Shown piece after piece: positions 1 to 10,588 of a stretch of DNA of 64,000 bases. Positions within the stretch are counted from its first letter, which is position 1. Every line of letters starts with the position of its first letter. A model generated the notes under the pieces. The model had not been told where the DNA came from. It saw only the letters and a program-made list of their open reading frames with translations, and did no database searches. A program made the translations under genes and the position numbers. Source of the DNA: Nitrospiraceae bacterium (lineage in GTDB: Bacteria > Nitrospirota > Nitrospiria > Nitrospirales > Nitrospiraceae); contig JBFWWG010000010.1 in assembly GCA_050246315.1 (NCBI GenBank), forward strand, positions 64,001-128,000. The letters run 5' to 3'.

Positions 1-1070
1 GGGACTTCAGTGTAGGTCTTTCCCTGATAGCGATATGCTGTGCAGATGTTGATCTCGGCGCATTCATCCAAGACATCAAGCTTGGTAATGGCTTGCGAGG
101 TGAGCCCATTCACCCTCTTGGCATATCGCACCGCCACGGCGTCGAACCAGCCGCACCGTCGCGGGCGACCGGTGGTGGCGCCAAACTCCCGTCCTCGCTC
201 CTGCAGCCGCGCTCCTACCTCATCATTTAGCTCCGTCGGAAATGGTCCGCTGCCAACCCGTGTGGTATAGGCTTTCGTGATGCCCAAGACCGCATCAATC
301 ATGGTCGGCCCCACGCCGGTCCCGGTGCAGGCTCCTCCAGCGGAGGCGCTTGAGGACGTTACATACGGATAGGTGCCGAAATCCACATCAAGGTGGGTCC
401 CTTGCGCTCCCTCAAAGAGAATGGTCTTCTTCTTGGCGATGGCCCGCTCAAGCTGAAGCGAGACATCGACGATATGCTGAGCCAACCGCTCTCCGTAAGC
501 TCGGTATTGAAGAAAGACTTTTTCAAGCTCGACGCCGTTGACCTGGTACAGTCGCTCCAAGAATATGTTGATTTCCGCCACATTGACTTCAAGCTTGGCG
601 CGGAGGAGATCGGGGTTCAACAGATCACTCATGCGCACGCCGATACGAGCCATCTTGTCAGCGTAAGTCGGACCGATCCCACGACCGGTCGTGCCGATAC
701 GGTGCGGACCCTTGGATTCCTCACTCGCCTTTTCCACAACCTTGTGGTAGGGCATGATCACGTGCGCCCGATCGCTGATCAACAAGTTCCTACCGATTTT
801 CACACCGGATTTCTGCAAACTATCGATCTCCTCGATCAACGCTTCCGGATCAACTACCACCCCGTTGCCGACGAGACACAGCTTCCCTCGATACAACACA
901 CCCGATGGCAGCAAATGGAACACATAGGTGCCCTTGGTCGTTACAACCGTATGGCCCGCGTTCGATCCTCCTTGGTAACGCACGACCACGTCGGCGTCGC
1001 GGGCGAGCACGTCCACCATCTTGCCTTTCCCCTCGTCACCCCATTGTGATCCGACGATAACCAGATTCAT
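1..1070 (-). CDS. purA: Adenylosuccinate synthetase (3' end outside the window)
   Basis: Manual minus-strand translation from ATG 1070 gives MNLVIVGSQWGDEGKGKMVD...RYQGGSNAGHT and, in the same frame, LFEGAQGTHLDVDFGTYPYVTSS. Confidence 0.97.
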   Translation of the reverse strand, partial: MNLVIVGSQWGDEGKGKMVDVLARDADVVVRYQGGSNAGHTVVTTKGTYVFHLLPSGVLYRGKLCLVGNGVVVDPEALIEEIDSLQKSGVKIGRNLLISDRAHVIMPYHKVVEKASEESKGPHRIGTTGRGIGPTYADKMARIGVRMSDLLNPDLLRAKLEVNVAEINIFLERLYQVNGVELEKVFLQYRAYGERLAQHIVDVSLQLERAIAKKKTILFEGAQGTHLDVDFGTYPYVTSSSASAGGACTGTGVGPTMIDAVLGITKAYTTRVGSGPFPTELNDEVGARLQERGREFGATTGRPRRCGWFDAVAVRYAKRVNGLTSQAITKLDVLDECAEINICTAYRYQGKTYTEV

Positions 1071-1174
1071 CAGTCTTCCAATCGACTCACCAAAGCTGTT
1101 TGCCGATAGCCTTTTTGTGGCGGTTTCAAAAAAATGGCCCTGACCCAAGTATGGCCAGAGCCTCTGGCTCGCGC

Positions 1175-1203
1175 ATGCTATGCCGAGGTTACGTCATTGT
1201 CAA
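1175..1203 (-). promoter_or_regulatory. sigma70-type promoter for purA
   Basis: TTGACA-N17-TAGCAT on the minus strand. Confidence 0.7.
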
Positions 1204-1516
1204 GCAGAGGTTCCTGCCTCAGGTTCCCACGACGTGGGGGCGAAATCGTTGGATTGGGACGGCTATTTCATCGTTGGAATCATTTATTGGACGGGGCGGC
1301 GCACAGATTCTGACAGCTAGGTCTCATGCTTCGCCTCCCCCGTAATAGAACCTGCGTAGCCTAGACCGGCACGCAGCCAAACTGCATGCTCTCAGGCGCA
1401 CCCGTGGAATCGTACAGGTGGGCTAAGAGCGGAGATCGCCCAGCAATGCTCCTCCGAGACGTTCCGGAAAAAGTGTTGCGCGCAACAACCCACCGGATCG
1501 TTCGGAGTCGGCTTCC

Positions 1517-1545
1517 TTGACTGCCTGAGGTTCACATGGTAGCAT
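1517..1545 (+). promoter_or_regulatory. sigma70-type promoter for tRNA-Ala
   Basis: TTGACT-N17-TAGCAT with extended -10 TG, about 55 bp upstream of the tRNA. Confidence 0.7.
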
Positions 1546-1599
1546 GCTGAAAATTCAGCACTTTCTCACGAATTGAGGAATTTATTGATCGTGCAAAGT

Positions 1600-1675
1600 G
1601 GGGCTGTGGCGCAGTTGGGAGCGCGCGTGAATGGCATTCACGAGGTCGCCGGTTCAATCCCGGCCAGCTCCACCA
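1600..1675 (+). tRNA. tRNA-Ala(GGC)
   Basis: GGGGCTG/CAGCTCC acceptor stem with G3:U70, anticodon stem CGTGA/TCACG with loop ATGGCAT, GGTTCAATCC T-arm, encoded CCA. Confidence 0.98.
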
Positions 1676-1793
1676 CTTTGTCTCGACCTCCTCGACTCCC
1701 CACACGTTAGATCCACGTTCTCATCGCCCTCATTCAAGTTGAAACATCACGGGTTTCTGATTCTGATCACCCTGCGTAATCGCTAGCCTCGCT

Positions 1794-3638
1794 ATGCTGC
1801 AAATCGAAGAAGTGTGGAAACAATTCGCCACTCGCGTCCTGCTCAAGGAAGCGTCGGCCCACCTGCGCCCAAACACCCGCGTGGGGTTGGTAGGACCGAA
1901 CGGGTGTGGCAAGACGACATTGTTGCGTATGATCATGGGCGAACAATCTCCCGACAAGGGGACGATCCGAAAGCGTTCGCGACTGACCATGGGATATTTG
2001 GCGCAGGAACTCGAACCCCTTCTCGGAAAGAGCGTGCTGGAAGCCACCCATCGGGACCTCTATCCGGAGCACGAAGCCAAACGCATCCTGATGGGGTTGG
2101 GGTTCACGGTCCACGACTTCCCGCGCGTAGTCGATACCCTGTCCGGCGGATACCGCATGCGCGTGGCGCTGGCGCATCTGCTCTTGTCCAATCCTGATGT
2201 CTTGCTATTGGATGAGCCGACCAACCATCTGGATAAGGGGACGCAGCGTTGGTTCGAAGAGTTTCTTACTGCCTCCAAGATGACGCTACTCATCGTCAGC
2301 CACGACACGAAGTTCCTGGATCAGGTCGCCACCCATATGTGGGAAATCCGACACCAGCAAATTCGGGAGTACCGCGGCAACTACTCGCAGTTCCTTGTCC
2401 TAAAGGCTGAACAGGACGCACAGTTAGAATCCGCCGCCGTCCGTCAAGAGAAGGAAATCGCCCGGGTACAGAAGTTTGTCGATCGCTTTCGTTATCAGGC
2501 CAACAAGGCCCGCCAGGTCCAGTCCCGCATCAAACAGTTGGAGAAGGTCAAGGTCATCGAACGGCAGCGCGATCCGCGGCGGGTTCGGTTTACCTTTCCC
2601 GAACCAAGCCCGAGCGGTCGGCACGTATTGGACTTGCGGGGCGCAGCCAAAGCCTATGGGCATAAGGTAGTGTACGAGTCGTTGGACTTCATCGTAGAGC
2701 GCGGGCAGCGGATTGCCTTGGTTGGAGAAAACGGTGCGGGGAAAAGTACGCTCCTCAAAATGTTGGCGGGCGTGGCACCGCTGGATAAGGGTGCGAGGAC
2801 GGTGGGGCACGGGGTGACGTTGCATTATTTTGCCCAGCATCAGGCTGAAACGCTCAACCCAGAACATACGATCTTGGATTCGCTTCACGAGGTGGCCAAG
2901 CAGGTGGAGACGAATTTCCTCAGGGGCATCGCCGGCGCTTTTCTGTTTTCAGGGCCAGACCAGAAGAAACCCATCAAGGCCTTGAGCGGGGGGGAACGAA
3001 ACCGTGTCGCCCTAGCTCGTATGCTGGTTGAGCCTGCAAACACCCTGCTCTTGGACGAACCGACCAACCATCTCGACCCCGCCTCGGTAGACGTGCTGAC
3101 GGACGCGCTTGTCGCCTTCCCCGGGACCCTCATCTTCATTTCGCACGATCCGACCTTCCTATCGCGGATCGCGAATCGCATGGTCGAAATCGACGATGGG
3201 CAGGCGAAGGACTACCTCGGCGACTACGAATACTATCTTTGGAAGCGCAGCCAAGAGCTGGAGGAAGCGGCGAAAGATCAAGCGGACACTCGTCGAGCGG
3301 TCGGCATCGCCGACAATGATCGTGGGAACGGCCCAGATCCAGGATCCGACTCTCCCAAGGGGAAAGCAACGGAACGACGCGAGTTGATCAAGGCGGAGGC
3401 CCGTCTGGAGAAACAAGTCGCGCGGGCAGAAGCCGCGGTGATCGAGTGCGAGGCCAAGCTCAAAGCCCGCGACGGAGAACTCGCCGACCCCCAGCTCTAC
3501 GAGGACTTTGACCGATGGAAGGGGATGCAGCGAGAGCACGCGGTGTGGAAGCACGATCTTGAACGGGCCACAGCGAAGTGGGAGGAACTGTCACAGGAAC
3601 TGGAACGTGTCCGTGGTTCGCTGGCGAGTCTCGGCTAA
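1794..3638 (+). CDS. ABC-F family ATP-binding protein
   Basis: Two ABC domains (GPNGCGKT, GENGAGKS; LSGG; LLDEPTNHLD twice), no TM segments, C-terminal coiled coil. Confidence 0.95.
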   Translation: MLQIEEVWKQFATRVLLKEASAHLRPNTRVGLVGPNGCGKTTLLRMIMGEQSPDKGTIRKRSRLTMGYLAQELEPLLGKSVLEATHRDLYPEHEAKRILMGLGFTVHDFPRVVDTLSGGYRMRVALAHLLLSNPDVLLLDEPTNHLDKGTQRWFEEFLTASKMTLLIVSHDTKFLDQVATHMWEIRHQQIREYRGNYSQFLVLKAEQDAQLESAAVRQEKEIARVQKFVDRFRYQANKARQVQSRIKQLEKVKVIERQRDPRRVRFTFPEPSPSGRHVLDLRGAAKAYGHKVVYESLDFIVERGQRIALVGENGAGKSTLLKMLAGVAPLDKGARTVGHGVTLHYFAQHQAETLNPEHTILDSLHEVAKQVETNFLRGIAGAFLFSGPDQKKPIKALSGGERNRVALARMLVEPANTLLLDEPTNHLDPASVDVLTDALVAFPGTLIFISHDPTFLSRIANRMVEIDDGQAKDYLGDYEYYLWKRSQELEEAAKDQADTRRAVGIADNDRGNGPDPGSDSPKGKATERRELIKAEARLEKQVARAEAAVIECEAKLKARDGELADPQLYEDFDRWKGMQREHAVWKHDLERATAKWEELSQELERVRGSLASLG

Positions 3639-4006
3639 TTTTGAATTCTTAGGGTTTCTTCCAGGTAATAGTACAGCCAGCGATTCTTGTCGACCGTCAC
3701 AACCTCGTCCCACACCACGCCGATCAAGAATCCTTTATCCCACGCCTTGACCCAAGCCACCGTCCCCGCGAGTTTCTCCTGCTGCTCCTGCCCCTGTTGA
3801 TCCAAGAACGCCAATACCACGATGACTTCGTCTTTGGCGGCCAGTCTGGCCTTGGTATGCAGCCCCGCGCCGATGCGGTTGACGTTATCCAGCACGGCCG
3901 TCACCGAGGCGCCGCCGCTCCTCGGCTCAAGCAGCGCAGAGCCCACGAGTGTCGCCCGGACAAAGCGACGACGATCATTGGCCTGTGCGGCTGTTGGTCG
4001 AGTCAT
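3635..4006 (-). CDS. PilZ domain protein
   Basis: RRRFVR (RxxxR) followed by NVNRIG (D/NxSxxG-like); GGAGG RBS before ATG 4006. Confidence 0.8.
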   Translation of the reverse strand: MTRPTAAQANDRRRFVRATLVGSALLEPRSGGASVTAVLDNVNRIGAGLHTKARLAAKDEVIVVLAFLDQQGQEQQEKLAGTVAWVKAWDKGFLIGVVWDEVVTVDKNRWLYYYLEETLRIQN

Positions 4007-4097
4007 CCGGCCCTCCTGGCTCTGAGTATAGCGAACGGGCAAGGATTGTCCATCACGCCGCGTGGCGGAACGGGCAGACGTGCGTTTCGTCTGTGCG

Positions 4098-5390
4098 CTA
4101 GTTTTTCTTCGGCGAGTAATATCGAACCCCTTTCAGCTCGGGAGGTAGATGACACTGTTCCCGTTGCGCAGCCGGGTCGTCGTGAACATACCGGTAACCT
4201 TCTCCATAGCCCAATTTCTTCACGAGCGGCGTCACTGCATTGCGCAGATGAACGGGCACCGGCAAGTTTCCATGGGCTCGGGCATCGGTCATGGCCTTCC
4301 CAATCCCGGCGTATGACGCATTGTCCTTGGGACAGGTTGCCAGGTAGGTCGTCCCTTGCGCGAGCGTAATCTGTGCCTCGGGCATCCCGATGAATTGCAC
4401 GGCCTGCGAGACCGCCATGGCGAGGAGCAGTGCCTGGGGTTCCGCGTTTCCGATATCCTCCGAGGCAAAAATCACCATCCGCCGGGCGATGAAGAGCGGG
4501 TCCTCTCCGCCTTCCAGCATGCGAGCCATCCAATAGAGCGCCCCATCCGCATCCGAGTCCCGCAAGCTCTTTATGAAGGCTGACACGAGGTTGTAATGTT
4601 CCTCGCCTGCACGGTCGTACCGGAGCGCTTTCTTCGAGAGCGCCACCGACATCGCCTGTTCATCGAGGACCAGTTCGCCGTCAGCTTGCCGGGGCATATG
4701 CTCCACCACGTGCTCCAAGGCCGTCAGGGCCGACCGAGCATCACCATTCCCGAACGCGATCAGGCGCCGGCGTGCCAAGGGAGTCATCGTCACCGACAAG
4801 TCGCCGAATCCCCGACTGGCATCCGTCAACGCCCGATCCAGAATCTGACCCAGAGCCTCATCGGTCAGAGCTTGCAGCATCACCACCAGTGAGCGCGAGA
4901 GCAGCGGCGCGATGACCTCAAAAGACGGATTCTCGGTCGTGGCCCCCAGGAGCACAATCGTGCCCTTCTCGACATGTGGGAGAAACGCATCCTGCTGTGC
5001 CCTGTTAAATCGATGGATTTCATCGACAAACAGGATGGTGCGCTGCCCGGAGAGGTGGCGACGCTGTTCTGCCGCCTTGACGATCGCCCGCAATTCGGCA
5101 ATTCCACTGGTAACCGCGGAGAAGGGGATAAATGCGGCCTTGGTGTGCTTGGCGATGAGTTGCGCTAGCGTGGTTTTCCCCGAGCCGGGCGGCCCCCATA
5201 AGATCACCGAGGACAGGGTATCCGCCTCGATCGCACGCCGCAACGGACGATCAGGCCTGATCAACTCCTCCTGCCCAAGAAACTCGGAGAAATCACGCGG
5301 CCGCATTCGCTCGGCCAGCGGCGCACGAGGCCCTTCCAAGCCGGGCTCGGCCCGATAGAGATCAGTTTGCGCGTCCCGTTGGACGGACAT
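4098..5390 (-). CDS. rarA: Replication-associated recombination protein A (MgsA/RarA AAA+ ATPase)
   Basis: PLAERMRP, GPPGSGKT, FVDEIHRFN, GATTENPSF, ASEDIGNA motifs. Confidence 0.95.
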   Translation of the reverse strand: MSVQRDAQTDLYRAEPGLEGPRAPLAERMRPRDFSEFLGQEELIRPDRPLRRAIEADTLSSVILWGPPGSGKTTLAQLIAKHTKAAFIPFSAVTSGIAELRAIVKAAEQRRHLSGQRTILFVDEIHRFNRAQQDAFLPHVEKGTIVLLGATTENPSFEVIAPLLSRSLVVMLQALTDEALGQILDRALTDASRGFGDLSVTMTPLARRRLIAFGNGDARSALTALEHVVEHMPRQADGELVLDEQAMSVALSKKALRYDRAGEEHYNLVSAFIKSLRDSDADGALYWMARMLEGGEDPLFIARRMVIFASEDIGNAEPQALLLAMAVSQAVQFIGMPEAQITLAQGTTYLATCPKDNASYAGIGKAMTDARAHGNLPVPVHLRNAVTPLVKKLGYGEGYRYVHDDPAAQREQCHLPPELKGVRYYSPKKN

Positions 5391-5542
5391 AGGCGAGTCG
5401 AGGTGGATTGGCCCCATTCTATACGGAACCGACAGCCCCCGCAATCAGCGGCCGACCCACCTGATACGTGCTTCATTGACCGATGAGGCGGGAAGATGAT
5501 AGAGGACAGCCCCTACGGACCTAGCAGCCTGAGGTACTGTCC

Positions 5543-6337
5543 ATGCCCTCTGCGACCGTGAACGGCATCAAACTCGCCTATTCCGACCAAGGAACGGGCC
5601 TCCCCCTGGTCTTCCTGCATGGGTTTCCCCTCAATCGGGACATGTGGACACCTCAAATACAGGGGCTCGGAGATCGGGCTCGTATCATCTCGGTTGATCT
5701 GCGGGGACACGGCGAGTCCGACGCCCCCCTCTGGCAGTACACGATGGAGCAGTTCGCCGACGACGTGGCAGGCCTGCTCGATCACCTCGGCCTGCTCCAG
5801 GTGGTGTTGGTTGGACTGTCGATGGGCGGCTACGTGGCGCTCACGTTCTCCGCCAACCATTCTCATCGGTTGAAGGCGCTCGTGTTGACGGATACGCGGG
5901 CTCAGGCCGATACGGAGAATGGAAGGGAGGGTCGTTTCCAGATGGCTCAAACTGCATATCGGAAGGGGCCGCCGGCCATTCGAGACATCATGGTTCCCAA
6001 ACTGTTGTGTCCGAAGACACTCCAATCCAATCGGGCGGTAGTTGAACAGGTGGAGGCAATGATCCTGAGGATGGAGCTCAGCGGTCTAGCCGGAGACCTG
6101 ATGGCCATGGCAGGACGTCCCGACTCCGTTCCACGCCTCCCGTCGATCCGCTGTCCCACCCTCGTCATCGTCGGAGAGCAGGACCAACCGACACCGGTCC
6201 CGGACGCGCGCCTCATGGCGGACCGTATTCCCGGCGCACGGCTGGAGATCATCCCGGACGCGGGGCACTTGCCCAATCTCGAACAACCAGAGCTGTTCAA
6301 TGACGCTCTGTGGCGATTCCATTCCTCACTCGTCTGA
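5543..6337 (+). CDS. Alpha/beta fold hydrolase
   Basis: HGF oxyanion motif, GLSMGG nucleophile elbow, GEQD, AGH. Confidence 0.92.
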   Translation: MPSATVNGIKLAYSDQGTGLPLVFLHGFPLNRDMWTPQIQGLGDRARIISVDLRGHGESDAPLWQYTMEQFADDVAGLLDHLGLLQVVLVGLSMGGYVALTFSANHSHRLKALVLTDTRAQADTENGREGRFQMAQTAYRKGPPAIRDIMVPKLLCPKTLQSNRAVVEQVEAMILRMELSGLAGDLMAMAGRPDSVPRLPSIRCPTLVIVGEQDQPTPVPDARLMADRIPGARLEIIPDAGHLPNLEQPELFNDALWRFHSSLV

Positions 6338-6476
6338 TCAGAGGAAACCCGGGTAGCTCGACACAGGCCGTCCGATCCAACTACGGGCGGGCGGGAGACG
6401 ACAGCATGGCTCACCGGGTCGATTTGGCAATTGACGGCCGTGCGCGAACGGACGACTGACCGACAGTCTGAGACAA

Positions 6477-7106
6477 TCAGTCGCCGTCGCCCACACTGCC
6501 CTGCCGGATCAACTTGAGGAACTCAAGGCGTGTCTGTTCCTGCGTCCGAAAGGCGCCGAGCATATGGCTGGTCACCGCAACGGTGTTCTGTTTTTCGACT
6601 CCGCGCATCATCATGCAGAGATGGCGGGCCTCCATGACCACCCCAACGCCATGAGCATTGAGCTTGGACTGCAAGGTTTCGGCAATTTGAACAGTCAACC
6701 GCTCCTGCACTTGCAGTCGCCGGCTGAAGGCATCGACAATCCGCGGAATCTTGCTGAGCCCGACCACTTTCTTGTTGGGGATATAGCCGACATGGCATCG
6801 GCCGAAGAACGGCAGCAAGTGATGTTCGCACATGCTGAAAAAATCGATGTCCTTGACGATCACCATCTCGTCGTACTCGATCGGAAACAAGGCCTGATTG
6901 ACGAGTTGATCGATATTCTGATGATAACCGCGGGTCATGAATTGCAGGGCTTTCGCGACACGCCGCGGTGTCTCAATCAACCCGTTCCTCGTCGGGGTTT
7001 CACCGATCTCGACCAACAGGCGTCTCACCAATCCTTCCAGCTCCTCTGCCTGTCCGTCCCTGACTCGGGACCCAACACGCTTCCGGGCGGCTTTTCCTCG
7101 AGGCAT
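6477..7106 (-). CDS. folE: GTP cyclohydrolase I
   Basis: [33 protein letters not shown]. Confidence 0.97.
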   Translation of the reverse strand: MPRGKAARKRVGSRVRDGQAEELEGLVRRLLVEIGETPTRNGLIETPRRVAKALQFMTRGYHQNIDQLVNQALFPIEYDEMVIVKDIDFFSMCEHHLLPFFGRCHVGYIPNKKVVGLSKIPRIVDAFSRRLQVQERLTVQIAETLQSKLNAHGVGVVMEARHLCMMMRGVEKQNTVAVTSHMLGAFRTQEQTRLEFLKLIRQGSVGDGD

Positions 7107-7141
7107 GCCCACTCCTTTTTCAGATCAGGGAACCGGCTCGC

Positions 7142-7567
7142 TCATCGGGACGATGAGGCGCCGGCATATTCGAAATAATTGTCCCGCGTTTCAACCACGC
7201 CCACTTTGGCCAGCTTCCCGTCGGAAATCGCGTCGTGAAGAAGTTCCCAAATCAGTCGTGCCAGGTTTTCCCCCGTCGTCGTCGTGGCGGCAAATGCGGG
7301 ATCGCCGTTCAAATCCTGATGATCGAAGCGCCTGACCACCCGTTCGATCACGACGCGATCCAGTCGGTCCAGATCCAGGCTCTGCCCCGTGGCAGAGTCA
7401 ATGGGGCCACGCACCGTCACATACAAGACATAGTTATGCCCATGCCCATTGGGATTGTTGCATTTGCCGAACACCCGCCGATTCTCCTCCACAGAGAGCT
7501 GGTCCGTATGTAACCGATGCGCTGCGCTGAAACGATATCGTCGCGTCACACTGGCCACCTGTTCCAT
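7142..7567 (-). CDS. queD: 6-carboxytetrahydropterin / 6-pyruvoyl tetrahydropterin synthase
   Basis: FSAAHRL, CNNPNGHGHNY, TTGENLA; adjacent to folE. Confidence 0.88.
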   Translation of the reverse strand: MEQVASVTRRYRFSAAHRLHTDQLSVEENRRVFGKCNNPNGHGHNYVLYVTVRGPIDSATGQSLDLDRLDRVVIERVVRRFDHQDLNGDPAFAATTTTGENLARLIWELLHDAISDGKLAKVGVVETRDNYFEYAGASSSR

Positions 7568-7670
7568 GTGATGCTCCACGAGATGAAAAAGGCCGGTCCC
7601 CTCATAGAGAGTGAGACCGGCCACGAACCCCCAAACGTCAGGCACAAATCCGGCTGGCACACTCCAGCGC

Positions 7671-7991
7671 TTACGCGCTAAACGAGCTGCCGCACCCACA
7701 GGTCGTCTTCGCCTGCGGATTCTTTACGGCAAAGCCGGAGCCCTGGAGGCTGTCAACATAATCCACTTCGGCGCCGGACAAGAGCGGCGCGCTCTGAGGA
7801 TCAAGGATCACCTGAATCCCGTTCTTTTCGATCACCGTGTCGTCTTCCCCGATTTTGTTCTCGAACGCCATCCCATACTGATAGCCATGGCAGCCGCCTC
7901 CACGTACATACACCCGAAGGCCCACCACATCCTTCTCCTCCAGCATGAGCTCCTTGATCTTATCCGCGGCCACGTCCGTCACGGTAATCAT
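7671..7991 (-). CDS. erpA: A-type Fe-S cluster carrier (ErpA/IscA family)
   Basis: GGGCHGYQY and NP...TCGCGSSF. Confidence 0.88.
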   Translation of the reverse strand: MITVTDVAADKIKELMLEEKDVVGLRVYVRGGGCHGYQYGMAFENKIGEDDTVIEKNGIQVILDPQSAPLLSGAEVDYVDSLQGSGFAVKNPQAKTTCGCGSSFSA

Positions 7992-8036
7992 CTCGTTTCC
8001 TCCTTTCCAGATTGGCACGTTGTTTCACACAGGCAG

Positions 8037-8393
8037 TCAAATAAGATTACACGACTGATCGACGGTTTGCGCGCTCGCCCCGTCCGGCGAGCGCTCCCAC
8101 TTATGCAACGGCACCCGCACGACAACATCGCCCATCACACGGGCCTGACAACCCAGCCGATGCCAGGGTTCACTGAGTGCTTCGCGATCCAGCAGGTCCT
8201 GCTCGTCGAAATCGATCTCTGACAACTGGTCGCCTCCCGATCGGACTTCCACCCGACAGGTCGTACAGGAGGCGTTGCCGCCGCAATCATGGGTGAGGGG
8301 AAACCCGAGCAATTCAGCCGCCTCCAGGACGGTCACGTTGGACGGAACCTCTCCGCTTTTTCCGTCGGGGTGGAGAAAGGTGATCCGCGGCAT
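8037..8393 (-). CDS. 2Fe-2S ferredoxin (adrenodoxin/ISC type)
   Basis: CGGNASCTTC...RLGCQ. Confidence 0.92.
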   Translation of the reverse strand: MPRITFLHPDGKSGEVPSNVTVLEAAELLGFPLTHDCGGNASCTTCRVEVRSGGDQLSEIDFDEQDLLDREALSEPWHRLGCQARVMGDVVVRVPLHKWERSPDGASAQTVDQSCNLI

Positions 8394-8416
8394 CGAACTC
8401 GACCATTGACCGGCTG

Positions 8417-9721
8417 TTACGCCGATCCCGCTGTGACCGAGGTTGATTGATACGGACAACGCTGAAGTCGAATATGGGCTTCAAATTCACCTTGAAACAA
8501 CTTCAAGGCGCTTTGCACGAGCACGGCCGCGCCCGTCACGAGCGTGCAATACCCCGTCCCCTTCACAAAACCGGCAATCTGCAACAACGTCTCCAAGTCC
8601 TTTTGAGTGCCTTCACCCGTCTCGATTTTGGTCATGAGTGATGCCAGGTTGATCGTGCCCATTCGACAGGAGGGACATTGACCGCAGCTTTCTCCCTTGA
8701 AGAAATTGGAAAAGTGCAGCGTCTTCGCCACCATGCAGGTGGCGTCATCAACCACAATAACCCCGGCCGATCCCAAGCCCGTACCGGCTTTCTTCAGAGA
8801 GTCGAAATCCATCGCCAGATCCAACTGATCGGCCGTCACCATCGGAAAGGCCGGTCCTCCCGGAAACACGGCTTTGACCTTCCGACCATTGGGAACTCCG
8901 CCGCCACAGCGCTCAACCAGGTCCCGGAGGGGTGTGCCGAGGGGTAACTCATAAATCCCGGGGCGAGCGACTGCACCACTCAACGAGAACAGCATGGTCC
9001 CCGGACATTTCTCGGTTCCCACTTCATTGAACCAGCCGGCTCCTTTCCGGAGGATGAGCGGAATATTGCACAGCGTCTCCACGTTATTGACGAGCGTGGG
9101 CTTCCCATAGAGTCCGAAATCGGTCGGATAAAATGGCGGCTTCTGTCTTGGCATCGCCGGACGGCCCTGCATGGACTCCAGCATCGCAGTTTCTTCGCCG
9201 GCTACGTAGCTGCCTTGCCCGGAAAAGACCTCGAGATCAATGTCGCGTCCGGAGCCGAGCACATTCTTTCCGACATACCCCTTCTCGCGTGCCTGTGCCA
9301 AAGCATTGTGGAGGTTTTCCTGCTCCTCGTGATATTCATGGTTGACATACAGAAAAGAGGCTTTCGCCCCAACCGTGTAGGACGCAATCAGGCATCCTTC
9401 AATCAACTGGTGAGGCGCGTACTTGAGAAGATGCCGGTCCTTAAAGGTCCCCGGCTCGTGTTCGCCGGCATTGCAGACGAAATACCGCTCCTTGACCCGG
9501 TGGTTGAGTACCTTGTCCCACTTGACGCCGGTTGGGAATCCTGCCCCGCCTCGACCGCGCAAGCCCGAGCGCTTGATCTCTTCAACAATGTCCTGAGGCC
9601 TCGAGTCCGTCACGCAACGCTTCCAGGCTTCATACCCGCCAGTCTTGGCATAGGCGGACAGATCCCACGCAGGCCCATCGAGCGGCCGGAGCACTCGCCC
9701 TTCATTCTGGTTGCTGCTCAT
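8417..9721 (-). CDS. Stand-alone NuoF-like FMN/4Fe-4S NAD(P)H oxidoreductase subunit
   Basis: SGLRGRGGAGFPTG, EPGTFKDR, GEETA, NNVET, ESCGQCPSCRMG; no other nuo genes nearby. Confidence 0.9.
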   Translation of the reverse strand: MSSNQNEGRVLRPLDGPAWDLSAYAKTGGYEAWKRCVTDSRPQDIVEEIKRSGLRGRGGAGFPTGVKWDKVLNHRVKERYFVCNAGEHEPGTFKDRHLLKYAPHQLIEGCLIASYTVGAKASFLYVNHEYHEEQENLHNALAQAREKGYVGKNVLGSGRDIDLEVFSGQGSYVAGEETAMLESMQGRPAMPRQKPPFYPTDFGLYGKPTLVNNVETLCNIPLILRKGAGWFNEVGTEKCPGTMLFSLSGAVARPGIYELPLGTPLRDLVERCGGGVPNGRKVKAVFPGGPAFPMVTADQLDLAMDFDSLKKAGTGLGSAGVIVVDDATCMVAKTLHFSNFFKGESCGQCPSCRMGTINLASLMTKIETGEGTQKDLETLLQIAGFVKGTGYCTLVTGAAVLVQSALKLFQGEFEAHIRLQRCPYQSTSVTAGSA

Positions 9722-9903
9722 GGCGTTCAGTTGTGAGATTCGCCTCGGACCCGACGCGTAACTATACGGTTCTACGCGCGAAGCCGTCAAGCAACCGACT
9801 TGCTGTGGGGCTCAATTCCGGCCGAGGTGGCCCAGTCGCCCCAATAAACCGTGTGCGCACTGGGCCTTTCAGGGAACGACCCGACTGAGGGGTTATTGAA
9901 ACT

Positions 9904-10494
9904 CTACTTGATGTGACTGCCGGCTCCCATAAAGAACAACATAGGGATCGAGAGCATGAAGTTCACCCGGGAAGCGAGCAACGCCGTCCGGCCCCAGGCG
10001 GCCATCTCCGGCGGCGGTGGCGGACCACCGGCCGCAGCTTGGGACACCGCGGCAATGATCCTCTTCTGATTCGGCCAGATGATGGCGTGTACATTGGCCA
10101 TCATGATGATCCCGAGCAACCCGCCGATGCCCAGTGCGTAGGCTCCTGTCCCGCCCTTAGAGTAGAGCCAGAAGTAGAGCACCAGCCCGGCCAAGACCGT
10201 AACGGTCGCACCATGTCGAAACCAGTTCAACGCGGCTGGCATGAGCTTCGGGATCACAATGTTCTTCGTCGGTCCGTCCAGGCTCTTCAGAAATGCCGCG
10301 TTGATCAGGTTGAAAAAATACAACAGACCGATCCAGGTGATACCGGCCAGAAAATGGATCCAGCGAAACACGATGCCCAACCAATCGGCATCCCCCGCTC
10401 CCACGCCGGCCATGCCTAGGAACACGACTATGAGGACGACCGAGAGGCCGACGCCGGCCCACAGGGTCTGATAGGGATCTTCGAGAAACTTCAT
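9904..10494 (-). CDS. Integral membrane protein, PuuD (urate oxidase N-terminal)-like
   Basis: RWIHFLAGITWIG, WFRHGA, NVHAIIWPNQKR; about 5 TM helices; no CxxCH. Confidence 0.7.
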   Translation of the reverse strand: MKFLEDPYQTLWAGVGLSVVLIVVFLGMAGVGAGDADWLGIVFRWIHFLAGITWIGLLYFFNLINAAFLKSLDGPTKNIVIPKLMPAALNWFRHGATVTVLAGLVLYFWLYSKGGTGAYALGIGGLLGIIMMANVHAIIWPNQKRIIAAVSQAAAGGPPPPPEMAAWGRTALLASRVNFMLSIPMLFFMGAGSHIK

Positions 10495-10588
10495 AACGCC
10501 ACCGCCTTTCAGGTTAAGTACTTCATCGCAGTCTGTACTCCATGCTCATCAACAATGTCAAGCCGCTGCCTCCCAAGGATCGGCGGCG

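Noticed and set aside
393..1049. 218-aa plus-strand ORF and similar long antisense ORFs (e.g. 12210-13187, 17379-18347, 39915-41054, 53989-55029)
   Set aside because: Shadow frames opposite well-supported genes in high-GC DNA
1600..1800. Genomic island integrated at tRNA-Ala
   Set aside because: No integrase and no duplicated tRNA 3' end noticed in the window
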